Below are positions 49,177 through 61,489 of a stretch of DNA of 64,000 nucleotides, in pieces (within the stretch, counting starts at the first letter, position 1; every line of letters begins with the position of its first letter). The notes beneath the pieces were generated by a model. The model did not search any database. It had not been told where the DNA came from and was given only the letters and a program-made list of their open reading frames with translations. The stretch is from Octopus sinensis (lineage: Eukaryota). Location: NCBI RefSeq assembly GCF_006345805.1, contig NC_043000.1, positions 93,124,001 to 93,188,000 of the forward strand, written 5' to 3'. The position numbers were made by a program, and so were the translations under genes.

Positions 49177-49888
49177 CAGTAGTTTTATTTTTATAGCGTG
49201 CTTTCACTTCACTACCGAGCGCAGCTCTGTGAGCCTTGGCTATGTGCTGTGATTTGTTGTGATGCTCTGATGGTTATTGTATGGAAAGTGTTCTGCGTAG
49301 GATGTGTGCAGTGCCTAGTAGTGCAATTTTCTGTATGTTATATGTGTTTGTAAGTCCTGGTGTTTTTGTTATGTATTTATCTGAATATTTTTTTATCATG
49401 CCTAATGCACCTACTATGATAGGAATTGTTTCTGTTTTCAGATTCCACATTCTAGTTACCTCTATTTCCAGGTCTTTGTATTTTGAGAGTTTCTCCATTT
49501 CTTTTAGAGACACGTTGTCATCTGCCGGTATTGATACATCAATTAGAAAGCATTTTTTTTCTTCATGATCTCTGACAACTATATCTGGTCTGTTGGCCTT
49601 AATTTCTCTATCTGTGTGTATCGGCATATCCCAGAGTATGGTTGCTTTCTCGTTTTCTGTGACCTTTTCTGGTGTGTGCCTATACCATCTTTTTTCTGTT
49701 GTTATTCCATAATGTTGGCATAGCTTCCAAAGTATGTAGGTTCCAACTCTGTCATGTCTTTGAATATATTCCTTCTTAACCAGGACTGGGCAGCTAGAGA
49801 TAATATGATTTATTGTTTCTTGTCCATCTCCACATATTCTGCAGTTACTTGTAATATTTCTTTTCATTACATGTTTTTGGTAATTTCT
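49177..49888 (-). mobile_element. R4/Dong-type RLE retrotransposon, 5'-truncated (subfamily A), open CCHC + RLE ORF
   Basis: ORF 49274-49867: CRICGDGQETINHIISSC zinc knuckle, RHD, RPDIVV...LIDVSIP, EKLSKYKDL. Confidence 0.95.
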
Positions 49889-49906
49889 ATTATTATTATT
49901 ATTATT

Positions 49907-50031
49907 CAGTAGTTTTATTTTTATAGCGTGCTTTCACTTCACTACCGAGCACAGCTCTGTGTGCCTTGGGTATGTGCTGTGATTTGTTGTGATGCTCTGA
50001 TGGTTATTGTATGGAAAGTGTTCTGCGTAGG
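49907..50031 (-). mobile_element. Very short subfamily A RLE 3' end
   Basis: Same 3' UTR as 49177; embedded in (ATT)n. Confidence 0.9.
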
Positions 50032-50109
50032 ATTATTATTATTATTATTTTATTATTATTATTATTATTATTATTATATTATTATTATTATCATTATTAT
50101 TATTATTAT

Positions 50110-50415
50110 TACCTCTACCTTAGCAAAGGCAGTGGTATCATTTTCAGTTGTGTTTGTTTGTTTATCCGTGGACAAGATATCTCAAGAACAACTGGATGGA
50201 TTCAGATGAAACTTTCAAGGATGTTTGACCTCGAGATTGGCACAAACTGATTAGATTTTGAGACAATGATTGTGGATTATTTTTCCTGTGTTTTCCCACT
50301 TAATTTTTGAGAGCAGTCAGGTTCATTTTTAGTATTCTCGTTTATGAGAGCAGTTGAGTTTATTTCAGATATTCTCATTTTAAAAATCATCTCTGGCTAA
50401 TCGTTGAGAGGACAG
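50110..50415 (+). mobile_element. DINE-1/HINE-like element, copy 2
   Basis: tacctctaccttagcaaaggcagtggta hairpin, (GTTT)n, gacaagatatctcaagaac; reverse complement of 1203-1536. Confidence 0.6.
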
Positions 50416-50519
50416 TAATTATTCACAAGAGCTTCATTTTTTTATCCCTACAGTCTTAGGAATTCCTTACCAGAACACACATGACTAACTACTAACTAAT
50501 TTGCACTCCTTTGGTTACA

Positions 50520-50810
50520 ATGACATGTGTTCCTGTTGATCCAGTCAACAGAACTGCCTGCTCATGAACTTAACATGCAAGTGGTAGAGCATGCCACAGA
50601 CATATATACCCTTAATGTAGTTCTGAGAGAGATTCAACAAGACAGAATGTGACAAGGATGACCCTTTGAATTGCAGGTACAACTCATTTTTACCAGTTGA
50701 TTGGACAGGGGTAATGTGAAATAAAGTGTCTTGCCCAAGGACACAATACCACACTAGGAATCAAACTCATAACCTCACGATTGTAAACCAGCTACCCTAA
50801 AGACTAAGCT
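50520..50810 (-). mobile_element. SINE family E
   Basis: gtgaaataaagtgtcttgcccaaggacacaat...ggaatcaaactc. Confidence 0.75.
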
Positions 50811-51449
50811 ATTCGTTTTCATAGAACACACATGCCATATTTGACAAATCATGTGTTTTTTGAATATTTCAAAGACATGCAAAGAAATTCCATGCAGAAA
50901 GCATTTTTCTGAGAATGTGAATTATGGAATACATTCTCTGTTCAGTTCCCCACCCGCCACTGCAGAATATAACCTCAGTCTCTTTAAATTTGGGTTAACA
51001 TGTACCTTACCTTCTGTTAACAACTTTCAATTTTTATCGATTCTTTTATTGCTAACTTAATTTATATCATTAAATCCTTTATTTGCATCTCATGCACCAT
51101 TTTTCATTACAGTCGGTTCTTTTACATGATCTTTTATTAGCATGTAATTGTGTATTTCATTAAGAATTTTTCTTTAATTATTTGCTTTTTAATCATTTAA
51201 GAGTTGCATGCAGAACAGAGAGAATCTGAACAACAACATATCTACACATTGCAAATACATTTTGCGAAATTTGAACTTGACTGGTACCTTGTTCTCTATG
51301 GATAATAAAAGATGGGCATTTATAGAATACCCAGGAATTTAAGCAAAATTCAAAGAATTTTGTTTAAATTCCTTGCTGATGTTCCAACAATGCCTCCTAT
51401 TATACTTTACCATTTGTGCTGCTTAGTCCCAGGTGAAATCATAAGAACA

Positions 51450-51610
51450 ATTTCATTTTAAAGTTTGACTGTGTGGTTAGGAAGCTTGCTTTCTAACCAT
51501 GTGGTCTCAAGTTCAGTCCTACTGTGTGACTCCCTGGGCAAGGGATCTACTATAGCCTCTGGGCAAACCAAAGCCTTGTGAATAGATTCAATAGACAGAA
51601 CTAAATAAAT
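51450..51610 (+). mobile_element. SINE family B, 5' half
   Basis: gactgtgtggttaggaagcttgc...gttcagtcctactg...ccaaagccttgtga. Confidence 0.7.
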
Positions 51611-52186
51611 ATATGTTGTGTTTGTGCGTGATGATGATGATAATGACAATGATGATAATAATGATGATGACGACAATGATGATGATAATGATGATGACAA
51701 CAATAACAAGTGATGATGATGGAGATGATGGTCATCATCATCATGAAGTGGGTAAGTGCTCTATGGACACTTGCTCAAAGGATAGGTGATCTCCTCTAGG
51801 TGTATTCCCCACCAGCTTACAGATGCATACTGAGAATAGACCCATTCATTTGGATCTCCACTACTTTCATTGACCTTGGGAGACACTGGCTGATGAAACA
51901 TGAGCAAGAAAGGAATCTTCTGATAATTCACAGTAATCATATTATTTACATTATTCAAATAAATCATATAACTCACATGCAGATTATTCAGAGATCAATA
52001 CATGAAATTCCTTAATATTAAGCCTCATTTTTTAATTCATTTTTTCACCTTCAACAAGCACTAGATTGCAGGCTTACTGTTTTAGTATGATGGTCAGTCA
52101 TAGATTTTTCATATTGTTCACAATGAAATGTAGGTTATCGTGTAGACAATGACCACACTTAAGTTTGAATAACCAAATATTTTACG

Positions 52187-52402
52187 AACCTTTTAGCATT
52201 TAAACTGGCCATTTCTGGTCTAAATTTTCTAGCTGGTTTAGACCAGCTAGATCCAGCTTCTCAGACCTATTCTACATTGTCATTTTAAAAATAAGCAAGT
52301 ACATTAAAATCTTGAAGCTAGAAGATAATGCATGATTAATTCAATATGATGTGAATAAATAAGCATTACAGTTGACAGACTAATCTGAATATTAAGGGGT
52401 AA
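52187..52402. mobile_element. MITE with aaccttttagcatt / aatattaaggggta termini
   Basis: Imperfect TIRs, ~215 bp. Confidence 0.5.
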
Positions 52403-52411
52403 ACCTGTATC

Positions 52412-52915
52412 ATCATCATTTAACATCCGCTTTCCATGCTGGCATGGGTTGGACAGTTTGAGATGGCGCTGGCTAGCAGCGAGCTATCCAGACTACAACT
52501 GTCTGTTGTGGCATGGCTTCTATAGCTAGATGCCCTTCCTAACACCAACCACTTAAACCTAACAGAGTGTACTGGATATTATGTACACGCCCCCAAAACA
52601 TGTGTATTTATGCAGTATTGGCATTGGTGCATTAACAAAGCACCAGCTTGGGTGCTTTTTAAGTTGCACCTGAAAGGACAGGTGTGGAAGACACAGATTT
52701 TTACTTACCTTGACATCTCTTATCAAGTACAGCAAACCACCACTGCATCATCATATTTACAAATGAACATTCAATAAATAATCTTTTCTACTCTAGGTAC
52801 AAGACCTGAAATTCTGGGGGAAGGGCCAGTCGATTAGACCCCAGATACTTATTTTATCGACCCCGGAAGGATGAAAGGCAAAGTTGACCTTGGCGAAATT
52901 TGAACTCAGAACATA
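52412..52915 (-). mobile_element. SINE C (52412-52735) and SINE A fragment (52783-52915)
   Basis: Family signatures. Confidence 0.75.
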
Positions 52916-54469
52916 AAGAACATTCAATAGATAATGACACAAGTTTCAATGAAAATAATGCTTTGGAAGCTTCTGTATATAACTTGCAAGTTGTTGTGAA
53001 AGTAGGGCAAAGAATTGAAGTCACTGCATATAATTGATATGTGTTACTTGACATTAGTAAGTTAAGGTGGGTACCTTTTGTCAGGTGTGACATAAGCATA
53101 TTACTTAAAAGTGAAAGAATAGGAGGAGACTGAGCAGCTCATTGAGACAAGTGATATAGATTCCCTTTGATGGATTAGCAGCTCTCCAGTTAATCTGAAT
53201 TTGCCAGACTTTTTATTAATGTTAATCATACTTCTAGAACCTTTGACCAAACTATTTCACAAGCAAACTCACTTCCTTTGAAGATTGCAGCCTCAGGCTT
53301 AATAATGCAGTCAGTGCTTATTAGTCAAGCCATATTTACATACACATTCATACCTTCTATGGTGATCCTTTCCTTTTTATGGGAATATTTTAGTTTGTGA
53401 TTCTAGACTGGAAGTATCTCAGAATTTTAGTTCAAATCTCAGCAGGTATCTTGCTACACTATCAATCTATGCTTTGTCTTTCTTTTCCACCAGATTCTAC
53501 AACCAGATCATAGAATTACTAGTCAAATTTCTTTATATTACAATCTGCAATATCCAAACAGGAAGGATATATTGACCAACAAAAGTTAGATTTGCAAGGG
53601 TACAGGATAGTCATGGCTATAAAGTCTTTGATAGATCAAGACTGACCTAGAACTAAATTACTACATCAAAGGGGTAACCTAATAGTAAGCCAAATCTTCT
53701 TCAAAATCACATTCTCCTGTAATACTAGATACACATATTGAAAGAATGGTCATATCTGGAGTGAATCAAGATCAAGGTTTCATAGATTAGGTTTCAGTTT
53801 GGGACACAACCAACAACAACATTGCTAATTTTTTTCCATTATTTTTCTTCTTACAATTTCTTTTTTTTTTCTGCCTCCTACCTCTCTTCTCTATCATCTT
53901 TTTCTTACTAGCATCTGTTCCCTCTGAAGTGATTTATCCCCCTTGCTCCTTACCCCATTTACAACAATCTACAAAGGTTCATAACATATGCTATGCCGTC
54001 TTATCTTGTTCTGGTTACCGTTTAAAAGATATGACAATATTGTGCATATTCAGAATGCCAGACATTCGACATGTACGCATTCCTTTTGGGTTAGGACCCA
54101 CGAAAATGTTGAGGGTAACAAGTGTAATGTGATTATACTAGAATTAGTAGGGTCATTGGGTTTAGTCCCTAAAAATAATCTGAAAGCAGTTCAAGAACAA
54201 TATCAAAACAAGCATGGCTCTACAAAATAAGTCTGTATTACTTGAAGGTACAGATATATCGTATTCGAGAATCTAATTACTTTTGATATCTTGAAAGAAT
54301 CAAACAAAACTAACATGTCATTTAATTTTTTGATATTGATAACTAAAGACCTGCACTGTATCAAAAAAAAAAAATGTAACTTAATAGTAATTTCTAACAC
54401 TCAATATAGTAGAAATGATCATCAGCATCATCATCATTATTGTTATAGTATTGGTTTTGTTGTTGTTGT

Positions 54470-54684
54470 TAAGGTGACAAGCTAGAAGAACCGTTAGTAA
54501 GACAGGCAAAATGTTTTGCAGCATTTTGTCCATCATTACATTATGATTTCAAATTCTGTTGAGGTCAACTTTGCTTTTCATCCTTTCAGGGTTAATGAAA
54601 TAAGTATCAATTATGCACTGGGGAGGGGGGATGAATGTAATCAATTTCTCTCAATTTCAGGCCTTGTGCCTATAGTAAAAAGAA

Positions 54685-54743
<59 letters not shown>

Positions 54744-54745
54744 TT
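54470..54745 (+). mobile_element. SINE family A with (ATT)n tail
   Basis: aaggtgacaagctag...gaggtcaactttgcttttcatcctttc. Confidence 0.8.
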
Positions 54746-55059
54746 TCCTTCTTTCTTCAAATTTTATTCCATTTCTTTCTGAGTGTTTTCCGTATACATT
54801 CCCAGATTACACATGCAAATTCACAGATAAAATATGTATTTAAAAAATTAATGAATAAATAAATTCATGAATGGATGTTGTTTTCACAGTGATAATGCTC
54901 TTCTCAGTACTTGAGCCGTTCCAGTTAACACAATACATGAGCCATTCAAGTTAACACGATTTATTATTATTATTATTATATTATTATTATTATTAAAACG
55001 GTGTGCTAGCAGAAGCATTAGAATGCCAGACAAAATACTGCTAAGTATTTTGTCCATTC

Positions 55060-55275
55060 TTCCCCAAGATGAAAATGCAGCTCAAAAGTTACTGTTTTAA
55101 CACCTTTGTCAAGATCTAGAATGAATTGCCGAAGGTTTTTGACTTGCTTACAGAAAACTACCTCCAGGCCAGATTCCAAAGGGATTAGTGTATTGCTGTG
55201 CAAGGGAATTATTTCGAGGGAGATGGTGTTAAAACTTAAGGTAAATAAGTTATTTTTTTGTTAAACACAAATAGC
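55060..55275 (+). mobile_element. Mariner 3' fragment (same family as 31275-31410)
   Basis: Shared atgaaaatgcagctcaa...cttacagaaaac...gggagatg-tgttaaaa. Confidence 0.65.
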
Positions 55276-55278
55276 CAT

Positions 55279-55660
55279 AGGAGTGGCTGTGTGGTAAGTA
55301 GCTTGCTTACAAACCACCTGGTTCCAGGTTCAGTCCCACTGTTAGGCACCTTGGGCAAGTGTCTTCTACTATAACCTCGGGCCGACCAAAGCCTTGTGAG
55401 TGGATTTGGGAGATGGAAACTGAAAGAAGCCTGTCATATATATGTATGCATATATATATATGTGTGTGTATATATGTTTGTGTCTGTGTTTGTCCTCCCA
55501 ACATCGCTTGACAACCGATGCTAGCGGTTCGGAAAAAGAGACTGATAGAATAAGTACTAGGCTTACAAAGAATAAGTCCTGGGGTTGATTTGCTCGACTA
55601 AAGGCGGTGCTCCAGCACGGCCATAGCCAAATGACTGAAACAAGTAAAAGAGTAAAGAGT
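55279..55660 (+). mobile_element. SINE family B, near full length
   Basis: aggagtggctgtgtggtaagtagcttgc...gactgaaacaagtaaaagagtaaagag. Confidence 0.92.
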
Positions 55661-56489
55661 CCAGGAATTTTTGATACCATCTTGTAACTTTCACTTGTTT
55701 CAAACACTGAACTCTGGCCATACTGGAGCGCTGCCTTGAAGGGTTTAGTTGACCAAATTAACCTGAGTAACTCAATAGTCTTTTGCTTATTTTATTTTAT
55801 TTTTTTTTTTTTACCAGGCTGCTAAGTTACAGGAACATAAACAAGCCAACACTGGTTTATCAAGTGGTGATAGCGTTACAAACAAAAACACCTACACATA
55901 CACAGTGACACACTGACACACAGACACAAAAGTACACATTCCTCTGTACTTATATAATAAAACATTGATACTTTTTACCTTTATTTTTCCACTCAGAATC
56001 CTTGTTTTGCAAACAATTATAAACCACAATGTTACAATGTTTTTCATAAGCACATAAGACATCACATAATGAATTTTCCAAAAGGCAAACAAGCAAACGA
56101 TTAACACTGACTCAAAAGAATAATGAAACATAATTGGAAAGATTTAACAAAGTTTTTAGTCATTTCAAATAACACATAACAAGTCTTCAGTCGATCCTAT
56201 TCCTTTACTTCTTCATGCTTCTTCTTTTTTTTGTTTTTTCATTTTTTTGTTGGGTTTGTTTTTGCATGGTCCAATTTTTTTTGTTTGTTAAGTTGAAAAA
56301 TAAATAAAATAAACAAAAATGAAAATATTTTTCCAAATCAACAAATGTTGAGAAAAATCCTTTAAATTAGACTAGAGAAAAAAAATATTTTCAGCTAAGA
56401 AACAATTGTATGTGTTTTTTTTTTTGTTCTTTATAAATGAATGCTTGAATTGGTGTGTTATTTAGTATGATTGTATGTGTAGGGTTATA

Positions 56490-56591
56490 CTTATATATAT
56501 ATATATATGTATGTATATACATGTATATATATGTGTATATATATATATACACATATATATACATATATACATATATGGAAATATATATACA

Positions 56592-56637
<46 letters not shown>

Positions 56638-56808
56638 TATATACACATATATATACATATATACATATATGGAAATATATATACATGCATATATATATAT
56701 ATATACATATATATATACATATATATATACACATACATACATATACATATATGTATATATCGATATATGTATATATGTGTATATATGTGTGTGTGTGTAT
56801 ATATATAT

Positions 56809-56839
<31 letters not shown>

Positions 56840-56856
56840 TCATGTATATATATCCA

Positions 56857-56937
<81 letters not shown>

Positions 56938-57000
56938 CATACATATATATATATATACATATATCTATGTCTAGACATACACTCACACACATATATAGAC

Positions 57001-57031
<31 letters not shown>

Positions 57032-57130
57032 AATGCTTCTATATATACATACTTGCACATATATGCACAGACACACACAGGCACACACACATATATACAT
57101 ATGCATACATATGCTCACACAAATGTATCA
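56490..57130. repeat. (TA)n/(CA)n microsatellite block
   Basis: Directly visible; internal ~94-nt duplication (ggaaatatatatacatgc twice). Confidence 0.95.
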
Positions 57131-58059
57131 TAGACAGAAAGGGAATGAGAGAGACAGAGGGCGAGAGAGACAGACAGACAAACAGATAGAATTTCAACTG
57201 TAAACTACTCAATTCTGACTCAGAAGAACTGTATCAAGTTGGACCCAATCAAGCAAAAATTCATTCAATAAGTAAAATTGAAAAATAAAAAAGAAACAAT
57301 AAAATTCTTTTTTAAAAAAAAACACCAACAACAAAACCACCACCACCAACAACAACAACGCAAAAGAATATAGGATTATAAAACAACAACGACAACAACA
57401 GCATCAATAACCCAAAATACAACAACAAAATCAAAATGCATTACAAAACACAATAACAACAACAACAACCATTATAGTAAGTGACAAAAACTACATCAAC
57501 GCTGATGATGATGATGATGATGATGTCAATGAAAATCACAAGTCAAGCAAGAAAATTCCAGAGAAAGTCGAGAATATTGTTTCGGTCTCCTGTTCTTTAG
57601 TTTGGTAAAATGAAACGCTAAGTAGGTGAGTACTATCAGTAGTAGATCTGAAGAAGTATCTATCGGTATTGGTAACTAAGCTAAAACGTCTTCCTAATCA
57701 TATTTCTTCATTAGGTAGGTATTTAAAAGGGGAACAGCTGGTTTCAGGTGTCAAAGAGCTTGTTTAGTTCACTAGCTTGCTTAGCTTGCTTTTGTCTGTC
57801 TATCTGTCTGTCTGTCACTTTGTCTGTTTGTCTCTCTGTCTGCCTCACTCTCTCTCTCTCTCTCACTTTAATGAGCGATAATCAGATACCCATGTGTGTG
57901 TGTATGCATTATTGAATATTGTTGTTGATTGTGTGTATATGTGTGTGTGTGTTTGGTTAATATGGTAGGTAACAAACTGGGCTTGTATCAAAAAAGCTTG
58001 CTCTCTTCCCATGTCTCTCATGCTTTGTCTCTATGTCTCTCTAATGGGAATGTAAAACT

Positions 58060-58455
58060 TGTAGTGGTGGTGGTGGTGGTGGTGGTGGTGGTTTTGTTGT
58101 TGTTGTTGTAGTGATTTTGTTATTGTTGTTGGTGGTGGTGATTTTGTTGTTGTTGGTGGTGGTGGTGGTGGTTTTGTAATTGTTGTTGGTGGTGGTTTGG
58201 TTGCTGGCGGTAGCAGTGGCAGCAGTGGTAGCAGCAGCAACGATGGTAGCAGCAGCAGCAGTAACAGTGGTAGCAGCAGCAACAGTGGTAGTAACAACAG
58301 CAGCAGTGGTAGCAGCAGCAGCAGTAACAGTGGTAGCAGCAGCAGCAGTGGTAGCAGCAGCAGTAGTGGTAGCAGCACCAACAATGGTAGTAGCAGCAGT
58401 AGTAGCAGCAATGGCAGCAGCAGTAATGGTAGCAGCAGCAGTAGCAGTGCTGGTG
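58060..58455. repeat. (GGT)n/(GTT)n/(AGC)n cryptic trinucleotide tract
   Basis: Directly visible. Confidence 0.9.
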
Positions 58456-58804
58456 GCTCTCTGTCCCTTGACAATGAGGATTCAATCATTTGAGCCACTA
58501 GAATTACCTGCTCCTGAATTAAGATGTAAGCAGCCAAGTATTCAACAACCACATGTACCTTTAATGCTGCTCTAAGCAGCATTCATTGAAATATGGGTGT
58601 GCACAATTATATTTAGCATGTTCATGTACACACAATCAGGAAAGGACTTTTACTGTGGAAACTCTCTTGGGAGAGAAATTCACTTTATGAAAAATATCTA
58701 TGGAAAATCCGCCAAGGGGCTACGAATGAGGCTATTGGACTGTAGCAGATGTTATTTTGCATTGTAAATTAGCTGTTTAAATATGACAATTTGTCTTTTT
58801 TTTT

Positions 58805-59193
58805 CTCTTTTACTTGTTTCAGTCATTTAACTGCAGCCATGCTGGAGCACCGCCTTTAGTCGAGCAAATCGACCCCAGGACTTACTCTTTGGAGGCCTAG
58901 TACTTATTCTATCGATCTCTTTTTCCGAACCACTAAGTTATGGAGACGTAAACACACCACCATCGGTTGTCAAGCAATGTTAGGGGGACAAACACAGGCA
59001 CACAAACATACACACACATAGGTATATATATATCTGCATATATACGATGGGCTTCTTTCAGTTTCTGTCAAACCAATCCACTCACAAGACTTTGGTTGGC
59101 CTGAAGCTATAGTAGAAGACACTTGCCTAAGGTGCCATGCAGTGGGATTGAACCCATAACAATTTGGTTGGTAAGAAAGCTACTTACCACACA
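58805..59193 (-). mobile_element. SINE family B, full length
   Basis: ttacttgtttcagtcatttaactgcagccatgctggagcaccgcc...cttaccacacagccactcct. Confidence 0.9.
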
Positions 59194-59234
59194 GCCACTC
59201 CTGACAATAATAATTGCTGTTATATTTTCTTGGT

Positions 59235-59415
59235 CTTTCCTTTTTCTTCTCTCTCTCTCTCTCTCTCTCTGTTCTCCTTTCTCTCTCTCTCTCTCTCTCT
59301 CACTTTTCTCTCTCTGTTCTCGCTCTTCTATTTCTCTCTCTTCTCTCTCTCTCTGCTCTCTCCTTTCTCTCTTCTCATTCTTTCTCTCTCCTTCTCTCTC
59401 TCTCTCTCTCTCTTA
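59235..59415. repeat. (CT)n microsatellite
   Basis: Directly visible. Confidence 0.95.
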
Positions 59416-59519
59416 CTGAGGTAGCCAAGTATCTCCTTTACTGCAAGACACCTATTTCTGTCCCTCTCCCCTGGCAGAAAACCACCTTCTTCAATATTAC
59501 TCCCCACCTTTATTTGAGG

Positions 59520-59745
59520 GGGTGGTCATGTCTGGCAAGATATTTGGTGACCTCACTGCTGTAAGCACCACATAAGAAGCACCCAGTACATTATGTGTAA
59601 AGTGATTGGTGTTAAGAAGGGCATTCAGCTGTAGAAACCATGCCAAGGTAGAAAGCACAGCTTGGCATAATCTTCTAGCTTGCCAGATTCTATCAAACCA
59701 CCCAATACATGCCAGCATGGAAAACAGACAGTAAATGATCATGAT
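59520..59745 (+). mobile_element. SINE family C
   Basis: gattggtgttaagaagggcattcagctgtagaaacc...catgccagcatggaaaacagac. Confidence 0.75.
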
Positions 59746-59859
59746 ATGTTAAAGGGCTGTAAACAACTGATTTGACATCTGTAGCGATGAAGTGTAATGA
59801 TGCAGGAACATATCTCCTTTGATCTGATATCATCATTTGAGTATTTAAATAGCAAACTT

Positions 59860-60250
59860 ATTTTATTTACATTATTTACATTATTTACATTTGACGGATA
59901 TTTGTCTTCAACTTGTTTGGTGTTAACACAACGTTTCGGCTGATATACCCTCCAGCCTTCTTCAGGTGTCTTGGGGAAATTTTGAACCTGGGTTCTCATT
60001 CCCAAGGTATTTTTCGATATTATTATTATTATTATAACAACAAACAAGATGAGGACAAATATCTGTCAAATGTAAATAATGTAAATAATATACATAATTC
60101 CTCATCTCTTAAATATAGAACAGTAAACTTATTATTTGCTTCATTATATACATTATTTACATAAATTTTATACATTATTTACATTATTTACATATATCAT
60201 ATACATTATTTACATACATTATATACGTTATTTACATTATTTACATTTGA
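59860..60250 (-). mobile_element. Penelope-like element terminus with inverted duplication and TTATTTACA repeats
   Basis: 54-bp inverted arms 59871-59924 / 60036-60089 (4 mismatches) flank a hammerhead. Confidence 0.7.
59925..59970 (-). ncRNA. Minimal type I hammerhead ribozyme (Penelope type)
   Basis: Minus strand GACAC-CTGAAGA-A-GGCTG gagggtatat CAGCC-GAA-ACGT-T-GTGTT. Confidence 0.8.
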
Positions 60251-60254
60251 GCCA

Positions 60255-60430
60255 CGTGCCTCCACTCAATTACATTAATCCCAGTGCCCAACTGGTATTT
60301 ATTTTATTGACCCCGAAAGGATGAGAGGTAAAGTGGACCATGGCAGAATTTGAACTCAGAATGTGAAGACAGATGAAAATGCTGCTAAGCTTTTCTCCCA
60401 GAGTGCTAACAGTTCTGCCAGCTCACCATT
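60255..60430 (-). mobile_element. SINE family A
   Basis: gaccccgaaaggatgagaggtaaagtggacc...atttgaactcag...ctgccagctcacc. Confidence 0.8.
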
Positions 60431-60707
60431 TTATAGACTTTAGAATACAGTGAATGTAATAGGAAGATGATTCTCTTTCTCCATATTCTTTGTCTAACGA
60501 TCTGATGTCTAGATATTAATATAAGTATGTCTGAGTAGATTAGTTTTACTGTGATTCTGGCTATTAGGCTATTATAGAGAAATAGAAAGTAATAACTGAC
60601 TGTCAAATAGAATATATATCAGGGTGAGTATACCTATGTCTCATCTTGGTGACTGATATATATGTGTGTGTGTGCAGGCTTACATTTGTAAGTGTGTGTG
60701 TGTGTGA

Positions 60708-60917
60708 AGGCATATATCCTAGTGGCTAGGATGTTGCACTCACAATCGCTAGATTGTGGGTTCAGTTCCTAAGCTGAATGATGTGCTGTGCTCTTGAGCA
60801 AAACAATTAATTTTATGTTGCTCCAGTTCTACACCACTGAACTGAACCCAGAACCATGTGGGTGGGAAGCAAACTTCTTACCACACAACCACACCTATGT
60901 ATGCATATATATGTGTT

Positions 60918-60969
<52 letters not shown>

Positions 60970-60971
60970 AT

Positions 60972-61028
<57 letters not shown>

Positions 61029-61370
61029 TACTCATAAGGTGCATTGCCTAGTGTGAGGGCGCATGGCCCAGTCATTAGAGTGCTGTACTCTTGGTCACTA
61101 GATCATGGTTTCAATTCCTAGACTGGATGGTGCATTGTGTTCTTGAGCAAAACACTTCATTTTACATTGCTCTGCAATCACTTCAACACCTGACGTGTGG
61201 TACACAGTGAACCTGTTCAGACAACATTGATTTGATGGAAGGAGTGAGCTAATGTGTGGCATAAACATTTGATCCTTATAAAAAAATCCTTTGTGTGCAG
61301 ACTGTTCAGCAAAAGCTGAATCCTTTTCAAAATTGTCTGACACTGTTTTCAGCAGGAGAGTTCATCATTA
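60708..61370 (+). mobile_element. SINE E copies (60708-60830, 61052-61370) separated by (TA)n
   Basis: tagtggctagg...ctcttgagcaaaac; gcatggcccagtc...ttcttgagcaaaacacttcatttac. Confidence 0.7.
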
Positions 61371-61489
61371 TCCATAATACTCAAATTGCTTCACACATGC
61401 ACATGTGCACATATAGATATATAAATACATGTGCTTACACTCAAGTGAAAATGCATTATGATTAAAAGCAATTATGAATCACAGGTAAA

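Noticed and set aside
58031-58582. Ser/Gly/Asn-rich, Leu/Pro-rich and Ala/Val-rich ORFs on both strands
   Set aside because: Cryptic AGC/GGT trinucleotide tract that is open in several frames; no domain and no convincing splice context.
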